The position numbers and the translations under genes are program-made. DNA of 63,952 nucleotides, counting the filler, from Thelocarpon superellum (Eukaryota), in assembly GCA_026025795.1 (NCBI GenBank). It is 3 parts of 3 records of this genome, joined end to end, with 100 filler letters (N's around TTAATTAATTAA, not from the genome) between each part and the next. Parts side by side here need not be neighbours in the genome. Positions count along the whole stretch, not along the records: positions 1 to 24,199 come from JAPEUG010000275.1; 2 more parts are not named here. The stretch is one strand, 5' to 3'. The notes below the pieces were generated by a model. The model did no database searches. It was not told the DNA's origin and was given only the letters and a program-made list of their open reading frames with translations. Positions within the stretch are counted from its first letter, which is position 1. Each line of letters opens with the position of its first letter. Of the stretch, positions 10,383 to 23,919 are shown one piece after another.

Positions 10383-12169
10383 ATGATCGGGTCCACCAAA
10401 GCGGCGGAGATCGACATGGCCGAGACAAGCCCCACGGAGACGAGGGAGTCACAGCCATTCGAGGACCCGCTCGACCAGCTGCCCAAGACTCGGTGGGAGC
10501 AACTCTGGCCGACGATTGCCTGTGGTGCCGGTCTGTTCTCCGATGGCTACCTCAACAACGTGCGTTTTGAGCCTTGCCTGTCCGCTTTGGAGCGTACCCG
10601 AAGTGATTGGCCTTGCTGGCTAACGCCTGACCGCCACAGGTTATTGGATCGGTCAACACGATTCTCAAGATCTTATATCCCAAGGACTACGGCAATTCCT
10701 CGGCCTCCCGCAATGTGACGTCGGTCGCCTTTGCGGGCACGGTGGTGGGCCAACTGTTCTTTGGCTACTGCAGCGACCACTACTCGCGCAAGTGGTCATT
10801 GATGGCCTCGACCATCATCTTGATCATCTTTGCCGCGCTCGCCGCGGGCTCATACGGTGCGGGAGGCTCCGTCGGCGGGCTCCTCGCCGCCTTGACGGCC
10901 TATCGTTTCTTTCTGGGCATCGGCATCGGTGGAGAATACCCGGCAGGCTCGGTGGCGTGTGTCGAGTCCACGGGCGAGCTCAAGGCCGGCACGCGCAATC
11001 GGTGGTTCGTGCTGTTCACCAACGTGCAGATTGACGTGGGCTTCGTCATTGCCGCCTTTGTGCCGCTGGTGCTGGTGTGGATCTTCTCGGAGAACCATCT
11101 ACGGGCCGTGTGGCGCATCTCCCTTGCGCTGGGAGTCATTCCTCCGCTCAGTCTGCTCTATCTTCGGTTGAAGCTGCAGGAGCCGGAGGAGTTCAAGAGG
11201 GAATCCATGAGGGATACCAAGGTCCCGTGGCTTTTGGTCATCAAGTGAGTTGGGGGCGGCTGTTGAAGTGGCGCGACTGACTGGCGCAGGTATTATTGGT
11301 ATCGTCTGATGCTGGTATCGATCCTGTGGTTCATCTACGACGTGGGACCGCCTCCCCCATTCCTTCCCCTACACTGCCGCTGCTGACTCGTCTTCGCTAG
11401 TTTTGCTCATATTCATTCGGACTATATGCCTCCACGATCTTGTCGGTGGTGATTGGCAACGACGCGCCGCTTTGGAAGACGTTTGGATGGAATACGGTCA
11501 TCAACTTGTTCAACATTCCCGGCTGCATACTAGGGGCGTTTGTGAGCGACTGGGTGGGTCCACGCCGGGCCCTCGGATACGGTGTGCTGGCGCAGGCGGG
11601 CGTAGGCTTCCTCATGGCCGGGCTGTACAGCACGTTGGCGACGCCGGAGCACATTGGAGCCTTTGTAGTGGTCTACGGGTACGAGAGCTGCCCGCCCACC
11701 ACCTACCTCATTTGTGCTAACGGCCGTCAGAATCTTCCTGAGCCTTGGCGAGCTAGGACCAGGCGACAATATCGGACTGATGGCGTCCAAAACGTCCGCG
11801 ACAGCCATCCGAGGCCAGTACTACGGCATCGCAGCCGCATGCGGCAAGATTGGCGCCTTTGTAGGCTCCTACGTCTTCCCTATCATCCAAGCCAACGCGC
11901 CCAATCCCACCCGCAGCGGCCAAGATCCCTTCTTTGTCGCCTCAGCCCTCTGCGTGGTCAGCGCCGCCCTGACTCTGTTCTTGCTGCCGCATATCGGCCA
12001 GGATACTATCACCGAGGAAGATCACAAGTTCCGCGAGTACCTCGCCGCGAGCGGCTTCGACATCTCTCAGCTCGGCACGAAGGAACATCAGGCCGAACGC
12101 AACGCGAGCATCGCCATCGTTGAGTCGTCTTCCACCACGGGATTCGAGAAGAGTGCTTTTGATAAGTAA
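10383..12169 (+). CDS. GIT1: MFS glycerophosphodiester (glycerophosphoinositol) permease
   Basis: IACGAGLFSDGYLNN, GQLFFGYCSDHYSRK, YRFFLGIGIGGEYP, GELGPGDNIGL, RGQYYGIAAACGKIGAFVG. Four GT-AG introns. The start could alternatively be the second Met (MAETSP). Confidence 0.9.
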
Positions 12170-12757
12170 GGATTGCCTGAGTTCGGGATCACATCTTCCA
12201 TTGATGGCTGGATGGACACCTGCTTCAATTCGAGCTTGTGCCTCCACTCGTTCGATGGGTCACGGGGTACATTGGCGTAGTGTCGAATGGAAACTGTATT
12301 GCGAGAATACGGGTTCCACTTGCTTATTGTGTTCTCTCATCTCGTCTCATTTCTTGGCATTTACATAAGACGCACGATTACACGAATACACGATTCAATA
12401 CTCTACACCTGCACAACGGTTCCTTCTGTCATCACGCACTTGAGAGTACGTGCCTGCCATATCCCACCCAGGCTCTACTAGCGACGTTGAAGATGAGGTG
12501 GGTTCGAAAATACCGACTCTCTCTATGTCGAAAAGGGGCCATGGATAAGGATGAGGTTAGCGGTACAGGATAAGGATGAGGAAAGAAGGAGAAGGGCGAA
12601 AAGGTGCAAAAAGGAGTGGCAAGAATATCACGAACGACGTCTCGGCCCGGTATCTCATCCGCGTTCCTCGTCTTCTCTTCGCCACGGATGGGCGGCGCAT
12701 GAAGACACGACACGAGAGGCCGGGACGACAGGCACACGAAATGGGGGTTTGATTGGT

Positions 12758-14211
12758 TTAAAAGAGGAAATTATCAGGAAGTCCGCGCTGGTCGTCGACC
12801 AAGGCGTCGGAGATAAGCGACGACATGGCCGAGGTGGCGAAGTAGCTCTCGTCCCAGATGGTCATGTTGTTGTTCGTGTCGTTGGCGGTGATGTCATGAT
12901 TGATTGTCACGTTGGCGGTGTGGTCGAAGGCGTAGCGTTGCGGATTGTCAAGAACTCGCTCGTACTGACTGTGTTGGTCGAAGATGTAGGTGGTGGCCTG
13001 ATTGGAAAAGCCGCGCATGTTAGCAACGCTCAGGGAGGCCCAACGATACGCGCTGTGGGTGAGTGGAAAGTGGTGGAATGGGAGGGAGGGGAAACCGTAC
13101 ATTGGAGGAGCCGGTCTGAAAGGCGGCAACAGTCTTGTTCAGGGCCGAGTTGTAATCGTTGATTCGACTCTCCCACGTCTCCGCGTTGTCGATCTCGGGG
13201 TACCGATCGACCGGGGGCAGATTCAAGAAGAAGAATTTGCGGATACCGGCGTGGTAGAGCTCGTTCAGCAGGTACAGGAGAGAGTCTTGCTGAGCCTGGA
13301 GACCGGCAGACTTGGGGCCAATGGTTCCGTCGATGATGCTGGTACCGGCATGCGTTAGCCCGTCTTTCTTTCTCCCGCGCCCGTGGGTAATGTCTTACTC
13401 CATGAGTCCGATGTAGATTCCTGCCACTGCCGTGCTCTCGTTCCATTGGCGCGTGTTCGGGTCGGCCTGAGTAGGGACAAAGAACTTCTCGACCTGCTCT
13501 TGCATCGACGGATCGGCGCTCGGCGGCATGTTCGCCGGAAGCTGGGACTTGTTGGTGACGGAGTCGAAGCTGGCATAGTTGTAAACATTGGCGTTGGCGA
13601 ATTGATTCGCATCATACGCGAAATAATAAGTCCACGGCCATTGATCTGCGTCCCATTCTCTCAGCATCATGTCTGGCCGCGCACCCGCACCAGAGACTCA
13701 CGATTTGGCTGGATCGCATTGCTCTCGTTGCCAAGCGGATCCGTCGCATTTGCAGGTTTGTCGGAGGCGTCAAGCGTACTGTCGTCGTCGCCGTCGCCGC
13801 CGACGCCAAGCGCATTCGTCCCGTTTGGTTGCGGGCCTTTGGGATTGAACCCCGTCGAGGTGTATCTGTCACCACTGCAGGGGATGAGCGACGGCCACTT
13901 AAGAGAGACAAAGTCCAGTAGACGTACAAGATGAAGAAGTAGCGATTGGGAAGAACGTCGTCGCCATCATCATCATCGATATCCCCCGCGTTATCCGCGT
14001 CACCCAGATCTGCCATGGTTCCCATACCGCCCAGGTCGGAGGCATCTGCCGCGACGCCGGGGTTACCTGAGAGCATATCGTCAAGACTAGACGTTGTCTT
14101 GTTTGGCTGAGCCTGGGCCGGGGCCTGGGCCCCATTCGCGACTGGCTCTGGTATGTCCTTTCCATAACAGGCGCGCACGACGGCAAGGCCGAGCACGAGT
14201 TCTCGAAACAT
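12758..14211 (-). CDS. Secreted SGNH/GDSL (carbohydrate esterase family 16-like) protein with substituted catalytic residues
   Basis: Signal peptide, then YFFIF|GDRYTSTGF (GDS block), VYNYA, IYIGLMD (GxND block), LYHAGIRKFFFLNLPPVDR, YERVLDNPQRY and TIWDESY. Four introns; the spliced frame is open. Confidence 0.8.
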
Positions 14212-15241
14212 GATGGCGGCACCTTTGACGCTGGGAGGATAGACAATGGCGAAGGAGCAAAGAGAGCAGCAAAGAGAGAGACAGAACGCGACGCGGCAGG
14301 GTAGTGGAGACAGCGAGCAGGGTCACGGCGTGTACCTCGTACCGTTCTTATCCGAATCTGCGGCACCTGGCGATGCCGGACGAGGACGTGGCCGCACACG
14401 CCTTCGTAAAGCCTTTGCCATCTAATTTGGCAGCTGCCCACCGCAGGAGCGGTAGCGGAAGTGTGTTTTCATGGCCGGCAGTGATTAAGGCGTTGCGGCA
14501 ATTATCTGGACTCATGCCGATCCTGCGTCGGGCCAAGCGCACATGCACAGGATCTCGTAGACCGGGGGTCAAGCGGGGAGGGCAGAATGTTTCATACGCA
14601 ACGTCCCTTGAAGAACGACGCTTAGCATGGTTGTCATTGGAAAAGTGGAATATCAAGGGATGCGTAAGGTTACGGATGGCACATCATCAAGGGAAGCACT
14701 TGTCACGCAGCCTGTGCCACTGGACCATGAGACCATTTAACGACAATGTGGCAGGATCAGCCGGGATGGAAGAGGAACCGCCTGGGCCATTCATATTACG
14801 AAAAGAATCGAAAACCTCGAAGCATTTCACTCGCGCCTTTTTCGGGACCTACAGGAGCCCTCGCATACCTAGGCAAGGTGAGAAGAGGGCAGGACGGTGT
14901 CAATTGCTGCGGCTTGAGGAGACTTGAGCGAAAGTCGACCTGTGTCCTTCCTACCTTGTACTTGTGTGCCGCTGCTGTTGCATGAGTGGCGTGGGATAAG
15001 AATAGATGTCGCCGGCAGGTGGGCCAGGTAGGCGTAACGGTCAGTAATGCTCGACATTCAAGCGAGTTCGAAACGCCTCGCATATCCTCATACTTTTGAC
15101 ACACGCCTAAGCCGTCACGTGCTCGATAGGTCTCAGCATCGCGTACTTACGTACGCGTCTCCTGAGGTTGAACTGACTTATATTCCTGCATCTCACATTG
15201 CGGCGACTGATACCCCCAGATCGACGCAGCAACGCTTGACC

Positions 15242-16706
15242 ATGGCGCCATCCAATCGGCGGTCCAACGCGCGAGACGCCGCACGAGCCTCGCATGGTGC
15301 CGTGGCTGGGCCTGTCACCTACCAAACTGCCCTACATCCTTTGACGCCCGGGGCAAAACGTCTCATGCACGCCTTACCCCAAGCACATAGCTATGCCAGG
15401 CTGCGCGACCATATCAAGACTGCGAACGCCATCATGACGGACGCTGCAGGCGAGGCCAATGACCGACTAGCCTTGAAAGAGGATCTGGTGCGCCGAAGAC
15501 GAGCCAAACGCGTGAAAGATGGACTAGACGAGGAGGAAGCGGACGATGAGCAGGAGCAGGCCCTGCGGGACCTGCGGAGAGACGTGGGGGAGGTGACAGG
15601 CGAACTGGAGGCGAAGACGCGCGTACTGGTTGATCTGGATACCTTCGTCATGGCCCTCGAGACCGAGCTGGCACGCGCCAGCGCGTCGTACGGCGGGGCA
15701 GAGGTGGCGCCACCGGGGGGCACGCAGAGCTCCAACCGGCGACGACGACGCAGAGGCGCGGTGGAAAGCGACGAGGACGACGAGCGGAACGAGGACGCCA
15801 TGGACGAAGACTATGCCGAGAGGGAGACACAAGAGGCCGAGGCCACCGCCGGGCAAGACGACATTCCCAGCGGGCCTCTACACCACTGGCAAAAGCAAGT
15901 GAACACCGCGAAACAACTATACGAGAAGCTGTCCATGTACGAAAGGTGAGTTCCCCTCCCCCCCCCTCCCCCCCTCTCCTCTCCGGTCTCCAGGACCCTA
16001 ACAAATGCCCCCCAGATACGCACGCCACAACAATTACGTCGGCTTCAAGCGCATCGTGCACGACGCGCAGAACCCCGGCGATGAAGCCCCGCCCGTTCCC
16101 GCCGCCGAGACCTGGTTCCCTAAGCCAAGTCAACCCACCTCCACATCCACGCCTGCCCCCTCCCCCTCGTCCTCCACACAAGCACGCCGCCTACCTCAGC
16201 GGGCCACCAGCAGCGCCACACTACGCGCGTCGCCGGGCTCCAACGACGACGACGACCTCGCCATAACGGCAGACAAGACCTCTCTCACATGCCCTCTCAC
16301 TCTCCTCCCATTCACGGACCCTGTGCGAAGCACGAAATGCCCGCACAGTTTCGAGAAGAGCGCCATCCTCGAGATGATATCGCACAGTACGGCGCGACTC
16401 GGCGGCGACACGCGCCGTGGCCGCGCGGGCGCAGGCGGCGAAAAAGCCGTCCAGTGTCCTGTCTGCGAGCAGATGCTGACCGCGCAACATCTCGTGTCTG
16501 ATCCGGTGCTCTTGCGGAAAGTGCGCCGGCTGCAGGAGTTGCATGCCGAGCGTGAAGATGAAGATGAGGATGAGGACGGGGATGGAAACGGGAGTGGGAG
16601 TGGGAGTGGAAGTGGGAAAAGGGAGGAGAGGAAGAAAGGGATGGGGGTAGGTATCGGGCGCGAGGCTGGGGAGATGGTGGATGCAGATGAGCTAGACGAG
16701 GCGTAG
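15242..16706 (+). CDS. MMS21: Smc5/6 complex SUMO ligase subunit Nse2/Mms21 (SP-RING)
   Basis: RYARHNNYVGFKRIVHDA and SLTCPLTLLPFTDPVRSTKCPHSFEKSAI...CPVC. Intron at 15946-16015. Confidence 0.88.
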
Positions 16707-16956
16707 TGGCCTAGCCCCGCCTAGGCTTCCTACGTTCAGACATGCATACTTGATGATACGACAGGATATGATGTGAGAGTAAATCAAGATATTGATCTGG
16801 CATGACGTGACACGACGATAGGCGTCGCAGAGGTATCCAAACTGAGAACAACACGCGCTCAAGCTCAACAGGAGCGCAACAGGGGAACAATGTATTGTCC
16901 TGCTTCCTTCTCTCTCCTTGCCTCAATAACCCGTCTGGATCATGCAACGCCATACC

Positions 16957-18035
16957 TTATCGCGTGATGAAGCCCAGATAATCCGCCACAATCAACGTCA
17001 CCATCCTATCCAGTCATGTCAGTCACATGCGTCGTTGACGGGGAAGACCCGCGTGAACGGAAGAGAGACGAACGCATGAGGCGCGATGCGCACGTAGTAA
17101 GTCGAGAAGCCACGATAGAAGCGCAAGAGACCCTCGTCCTTGGCCACCTTGCGAAAACAGTCCATCATGCTCTTGTACGGGAGCGAGCCGTCCGGGGCGC
17201 GCGTCTGGCGCTGGAGCCGCGTCTTGACAAAGTCAAAGGGCAGGCTGAAGAAGCTGGCGAAGAAGCCGGCGATGCCTGATGCCGCCAAGGTCTGGGCCCG
17301 TCCGGACCATTCCGTGCGTGCCCTGAGCTGCTGCTTGGCTTCGCTGAAAAAGGCCAACTGTCCGAAGTTGAGCGCCATCGCCCGCACGACCGTGGGAAAA
17401 GCCCCGGCCCAGAGGGCCAAGACGCCTTCCGATCGTGCGATCCGTGCCAGGGCGTCGATGACCGATCGATAGTGAGCGCGTTGTGCCGCCGGCTTGAGCC
17501 CGTCCGATTGCATCCGGATCAGGGCCAGGTCCGCCGGGTTGCCGACCAGTGCCGCCAGGCCTCCCGCCGTCAAGCCCGCCGCTGCGCGATCGGCAAAGCC
17601 CACGGAGCGGCCTTGCGCCGTGGCCCGCGTGCCGAGGGCGGTCATGAAGCTGTCGAAGAAGCCGAGGCGCGCCGTGGTGTAGACGGCTTGACGGAGCAGT
17701 CCTGCACTCAGTCCGGTGTAGAGATCCATCACCTTGCCCGAGGCGATGATCTTGCGTGTCACCGACAGTGCCGACGGTCGAGGCCCCGACCGTGCCCCTT
17801 CACCGGCCAGCTGCAGCCGGACCTTGACCATGTCGATCGGCTGAATCACCGTCGTGGCCGTCATCCCCGCCAGCCCGCCGTTGACAAAGGGGAGCATGGC
17901 CCGGACGGCGGGGGTGTGGAGCACATCATTGCGCAGACGCGACGACGCCGCGGCCGAGGACGACTTGGCTCGATCCAATGCCGTATCCGCTCTTCTCTTG
18001 GCCTTTTCCATCGCTCGTGACCAGGGAGAAGACAT
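16957..18035 (-). CDS. Mitochondrial carrier, 2-oxoglutarate/malate (dicarboxylate) type
   Basis: Three Px[DE]xx[KR] repeats (PIDMVKVRLQ, PADLALIRMQSD, PFDFVKTRLQ) and GLLRQAVYTTARLG. The last intron precedes MVTLIVADYLGFITR*. Confidence 0.93.
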
Positions 18036-19625
18036 GGCTCGGGAGGACCGACGGCCTCGACGATCACAATCGTTCTGTGCACGCTACCACTCAGTACTGT
18101 CTATCTTACACGAGCGGAGAGCAAAGGAGACGACGAAGCACGAGGCACGAGGCCAGAAACGGCGATAGACAAAGAAACGTTGAGAATGGTAGATGGGGTA
18201 GACTGACCGACAACGCCCGGTGGTACCCGACTGATCTGCTATCGATCGGGTGGTCCCGGATGGACCTGAGGTTCCGGAGGCCAGTCGGCTCACCAATCAG
18301 CCCAGCCAAGACGATCCGTACAGCACGCACTGCGACGCAGGGTCTCGGTGCTAGAGGGGCTGCGGGTGAGCCAGGATGGGGGACTGTAAGCTTGACCTCC
18401 TTCGCCTGACGTGAGGTGACAAGCGATCCGATCGATTCCGGCCATAGCAGGAGCGGAGAGGGGCCAAGGGAGGGGAGCTCGAGGACGTGGTGTGCCACTA
18501 AGCGTTGAGAACTTGCAGCTACAGCTTTGGTACACGGGAGGGTCGTCCATGGACATGATGGATGCAGCTCCTCCACCACCGGAAGGCGAACTACGTCCGG
18601 ATTGGGACCACGACGCAGCCGAAGCGGTAGGTATTCGACGGTCGTTGAGGAATGCAAGGTGGACCCACGACTCGGAAAATCGGTGGGTGGGAGGTCAACG
18701 CATCTCTGCGGTCAAGTTCATCGAGGTATCTCGAGGTAGTGCACGTGCCGGGATCCGCACTGAAGGACCCGGTATTGAGGAGGTGGAGTGATGGCGGTGG
18801 TTCGCGGATGAGAGCGCCACACCCCCCGTCTGCCATAATGCGGGGTAAGTCTGACTCGGCAAGTGATATTTGTGGCGTCGTGGGACGTGACTGGCGGCTC
18901 CAGCGAACGAGCACGAGTACAAGTAGGGGAGTAGGAAAACGAGCACGACGAGTTCGAGAGCGAGAGCTTGCAGGGGTAATTTGTGGCCAGTGGTACCCAG
19001 CGTGAGTGCGGATCCGGGTACGAAGGCTTCACGTGAGTAGCGAGGTTGCCCAATTGATTTCGCCTGGCTTCGCTTCAACGAGCGAGCAGAGACTCGGTGC
19101 ACCACCGGTCGTGCGCGGCGAGAGTTGTTTGCGTGCGAATTCCCACTGGCCATCGAGAAGGCGAAAACTGCCTGTGCGCAAGCGGACGTTGAGGGCACGC
19201 GGCATCTTCGGTTCACCGTTCCGTGCCCTCCATAGCGTGCCATATGTGGGCCGGCGGAGGATGGCGCAATCTTGACCGCAGCCAGGCTGGTAGGAGAAGC
19301 GCGCGGGGCCGGCACCAGTGGGACCACCCATGGGCCAGATCATAATATATATGGAGTCTACGAGGCTCTAGGGTGAGTGTGAAACGCCGGGACGCCTGGC
19401 TTTCGTTGCTCCAGCCAAGGACGGACAGCGGGATGCCACAAGACAAGAATGAAACCGTGTCGGTCAAAGGCATGCTGTATGTGTGTGCTCGAAAGACGGA
19501 CTGGGCGTGGGGGAAGAGATCGTGAGGCCGTCAAATCATCAAGCCCGTCAGTCTTCACGTAGGCGGCGGGCGACGCGCGCCGCTGGGTGGGTTCGCCATC
19601 GGCGGCCGAGGGGCATCGAGCGACT

Positions 19626-22600
19626 CTACGTAAACCACCCTCCGCGCTCCCACGCCCCCGGTTGATATCGGGCGGCCGCGCGCTTGTCTGGCTCCACGAT
19701 ACCGGCGAGGAGCGTGTTGAAGCGCGGGAAGTCAATGGGCTTCAAGATCCACCCGTCAAAGCCGGCCTCTCGATAGAGCCCGCGGTTTTTCTCCACCAAC
19801 GAGGCGGAAACGGCGAAGATGGGTACGCGTGGGCGGGGCCGGATCCCCCCCGCTGGTGCAGCAGGTGGCACCGAGGACTCAAAGGCGCGGATCCTCTTGG
19901 TGGAGGTGAGTCCATCGACGATGGGCATCTAGACTATGTCAGCACGAAGCCCGTCACAACTGATCAAGCGGAAGAGCCGGGAGCACGGAAGGGAGGGAGA
20001 GACCAACCTGCATGTCCATCAGGACCACGTCAAATCCCTCCGCCTGCTCCCCGTACATGCTCGCGCATTCTTCGCCATTGACCGTGAGCTGCACCCGGTG
20101 CCCGATCTTCTCCAGTCGTTTCTTGATGATGCGGCTGTTGATCGGGTCATCTTCCGCCACCAAGACGCGCAACGGTCGGACCGACGGCGCCTCCGCGACT
20201 TCCTCGATCCGTCGCGCGACGCGTTGTGGCGCTTCGATCGCCACCCGGTCCGGCAGCGCCGTCGAGTCGTCCGGCATCCGCACCGGCCGTAGCGGGCTGA
20301 TGGAGTCCGTAATGATCTCCTCCCCAGGCTTGAGCTGCTGCGGCGAGCGGAGGTGCTCCGGCGTCATGACCAGCGGCTCGCCACCATACGACGCGCTCCG
20401 CGACATGGGGGGTCGGTTCGGATGAGACACCGAGCCCCGGCCCGCGCGCGTCACCGCGTCGGTCGTCGACGTCTTCGGCACCATGTGCGGCTCCGAGATG
20501 GCGTCAATCAGCCGATCCACGTCGCTCTTGTTGCTCTTGCCGCTCTTGGTGCTGCGCTGGCTCTCGAAGCTGTGGTGGCTGTGCATGCTATCGACGCTCT
20601 GCTTCCGTGCTACCGTCGAGCCGCCGTGGGAAGTGCGGTGGACCGGGGCATTCTGTACGAGGAAGACCTCACCCTCCGTGGCCATGGGCGTGACCGGGCC
20701 AGACGGCGGGTCCATGTTCGACGGGGTCAACGGCGCGCCAGGCTCGCCAGGCCCCGATCCCGGGGGGATCTCGAACGGGATCTGGATGACGAAGCGCGAC
20801 CCCTTGCCTTCCTCGGACTTGAGCCGCAGCTGTCCGTCCATGTTGCGGATGTTCCGGGCCACGACGGCCAAGCCGAGGCCCAACGGGCGTTGCTCGGCGG
20901 GCTGCTGGGGGCGCGGCTCGGTCGACGCCTCCGCGGCGGTGGGTTCCCTCCGCTCGCCGCTGAGCGAGTCCGTCAAGGAGTGGTTGGCCTCGGTCTGCAC
21001 CTGCTCCAGCTCGCGGAAAAGCGCATCGAGCTTGCTCGCCGCCATGCCCGCACCCGTGTCCTGCACCGCGATTTCCACGTCCACCCGTCGGCCCTCACGA
21101 TGCGCCACCCAACATTCCACCGTCACTCCACCCGTGACCGTGTTCTGGATGGCGTTGGCGATGATGTTGGACAGCGCCTGCTGGGTGCGCCGCTGGTCGC
21201 CGATGACCAGCCCCGGGACGCCGGGGTGCTCCGTCAGCACAAATTCGAGTTGCTTGCGCTTGGCGTCGCCGCGGAACATGTCCGTGACCTCGCGGATGGT
21301 CTGGGTCAGGCTGAAGATGTCATCCTTGGTGAGCTCGTGCCCCTCCTCCGTCTTGGTAAGGTCCAGCAGGTCGTTGATCACGTAGATGAGCGACTTGGAG
21401 GCCGAGTGCGACTTGGCCAGGCTGTCGCGCGTCTCCTGGTCGAGGCTCCCCTCGAGCGCAATCTCGAGATAGTTGATGATGGCATTGAGCGGGGTGCGCA
21501 CCTCGTGCGCCGAATTGGCCAGCAGCAGCCGCGTGAGCTGACTGCTCTGCAACGCCGCCTCCTTCTGCCGCCACACGGTGATGAACTTGCCGTACACCAG
21601 ACAGAGGACCGCGGCCGTCTCGATCTCCTCTTCGCTCCACTCGCGGCACTTGCCCGTAACGTTTTCGCGCCAGGTCTTGAAGCTCTTCCGCGGCTCGAGG
21701 AAGGCCTGCGTGCCCTCCTTGACCATCTTCTCGTAGGGGTTGCCGGCCCAGCGCACCTCCTTGAGCTGGCCTCGGCGGAAGAAGACGATGAAGTCCTCAC
21801 CCGCAGTCGAGAGCGGGACGAGGAGGAGGCCGGCGATGACCTGAAAGCCGGGCGGATAGCGCAAGTCCGGGAAGTCCTCGCGCAGATCCTGACTCATCAT
21901 GACGCCCGTGAAGCGGCGCATGCGGAGGTACTCCAACATGGCCAGGGCTTCCTGCGTCTGCTCCAGTCGGCCGAGGATCTTGGTCTCATCGTGGATGGAG
22001 AGCAGGCCAAAGTCGGCGCCGAAGAGCTGCAGCAGGTCGTCCGACGAGGCGATGATGTAGCCCGAGGGATTCTGCGCCGTGGGCGCCGTATTGATCAGCT
22101 TGCGCGCCTGCAGGCGCGAGGCATACGACAGCCGCTCGATGTTGTGGGAGGCGGCGTCGCCGATGAGCCGGCACATCTTCCGGATGGGAAAGGAGACGCG
22201 CATGCCGTGCCCGCCGTACGCGTGACAGGAGATGAGACCCCACAGCTCGTTGAAGGCGTTGATGGAGATGGACATGGAGGCGCGCACGCCCATGTTAGCC
22301 AGATACGTGATGTGGATGGGCGACATGGCGCGCAGATAGGAGAAGGTGAGGTCGAGCGGGTTCTCGAGGTCGGCGGCGGTGCGGCAGACGAGGCGCGCCG
22401 TCTCCTGGTCACGGTCATACAGGAGCCGGACCTTGTTGATCTTGTACAGCTCGCGGGCTTGCTGGGGAATGTCCGAGGCCGGGAAGTGCAGGCCCTTGTA
22501 GAGATCCTTGCTGGCGTGGTAGTCGACGAGCTCGGTGACGACCTGTCCGTTCCAGGCATGATCGAATTGGTAGACCATGACGCGGTGGAAACCCGTCAGC

Positions 22601-23919
22601 TCCTTGATCACGCCCACCAAGATCTTCAAGAAGCGGTCGAGCGAAGGCGCGCTCGCCAGCTGTTCCTGCACCTGTGACATGATGTTGAAGACGTCCATGG
22701 CCGCGGCCTCGCCCTTGCGTTTGCGTGCGCTGCGCAGGATGCGGAGGGGTTTGCTGGAGATGGACGTGCTCTCGGCGAGCTCGTCGGGGGTGGGCTCGCT
22801 GCGCAGGGTGTCTTCGGGCTGGGCGGGCGCCGAGTCGTCCGGAGGGACGAGAGGGCAACGTTGATCGTCCTCGAGCTCGAACTCGCAAATGATGAGGTCG
22901 GGGTTCCGCTTGTTGATGTGCATGGCGCACCAGAGCTTGATGGTACGTCGTCGAGGCGGACGGATGGAGATGGTGAAGACCTCCGGCCCATTCACGGCCG
23001 GGTCGGCATCCTCGTCCCGGATGAAGTCGATGTGATCGAGCAGATTGTCCGTCTGCTCCCCGGACAGGATGTCGCAGAAACTATCCAGCGCAAAGAGCTC
23101 GGCCGGGGTGAAGCCGATGATGGATCTCGCATTCTCGCTCGCGATGCGTACCTCATACTTGCCCTCGCCTTCCTCGCGCAGGGCGATGAGGAGGCCGAAC
23201 CCTTGCACGGCGCCTGGGATGTGGATGGGCTCGTCCTCGCATCGCTGCACCGTCTGACCCTCCCCATCCGTGGTGACGCCGGCGCCATCCGTGGTGACGA
23301 CGTGCTTGAAGCGAGCGGTGACGACAGCGCCCTCGGGTGTCTCGTCGTCGGCGACGCCCCGATAGTCGGACGTGGGCCCGCTGGGAGCGGTGGAGTAGTC
23401 GCTACTCGTCGCAGCGCCGCTGCCGGAGCGGAGCGATCGCTCGGTGCTGGGGACTCGTGGAGCATCGGTCGCGACCCTGCTCGAGGTCCTGGCCAGGCCG
23501 GATGGGACGCGGGCTGACTCAGATCGGTCACTGCCGCGCTGCCTGTTCGGGTTATTCGGCGGCGACGCGGCGCGGTCGGAAGACGGGGCGCTGGCGGGAC
23601 TACCGCTGGGCAGGGGCGGGAGCCCCGGGAACTCTTGCCCCTCGAAAGAGCGGACCGACGGGGTGGGCGTCGGGTCGACGGAGATGACGGAGCGGACGGG
23701 AAAGATTCTGTCTGCGATTTCACTGTCCAGGCGGGAATGAGACGAAGCAGACACGACGGAGGTGGGTGAGCCGATAGAGCCCTGCCTCGTCTGCAAGGCC
23801 TCGGTGGTCGAAGTGGGGGGCGGGGACGAGGTACGATTCGACTCCAGACTCTGTCTCTGCGAGGAGCGGCGACCGGTCGTGGCCGCTCGCGGCGAATCGC
23901 GAGCGTTTGGATCGCTCAT
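19626..23919 (-). CDS. fphA: Fungal phytochrome (PAS-GAF-PHY-histidine kinase-receiver), FphA/PHY-type red-light sensor
   Basis: RCEDEPIHIPG (bilin-binding Cys), FPASDIP, LRAMSPIH, PRKSF, H-box SAHEVRTPLNAI, DTGAGM, GLGLA, and receiver VAEDD...LMDMQ|MP. Intron at 20007-19929. Confidence 0.96.

Noticed and set aside
15953..15980. Poly-C tract in the Nse2 intron as a G-quadruplex element
   Set aside because: It is indistinguishable from a simple pyrimidine-rich intron tract, and there is no supporting evidence.
18549..18791. 80-aa ORF ending GPGIEEVE, resembling the Hsp70 GPTIEEVD TPR-binding tail
   Set aside because: It has no other Hsp70 similarity or coding signal, lies in the carrier gene's upstream region, and ends in E rather than the critical D. 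Probably chance.
20353..22677. 774-aa plus-strand ORF and similar long antisense ORFs (25426-26265, 30009-30953, 54886-56352)
   Set aside because: These are antisense shadows of high-GC3 genes (phytochrome, SNF2, LSB6, EDC4) with no recognisable motifs.
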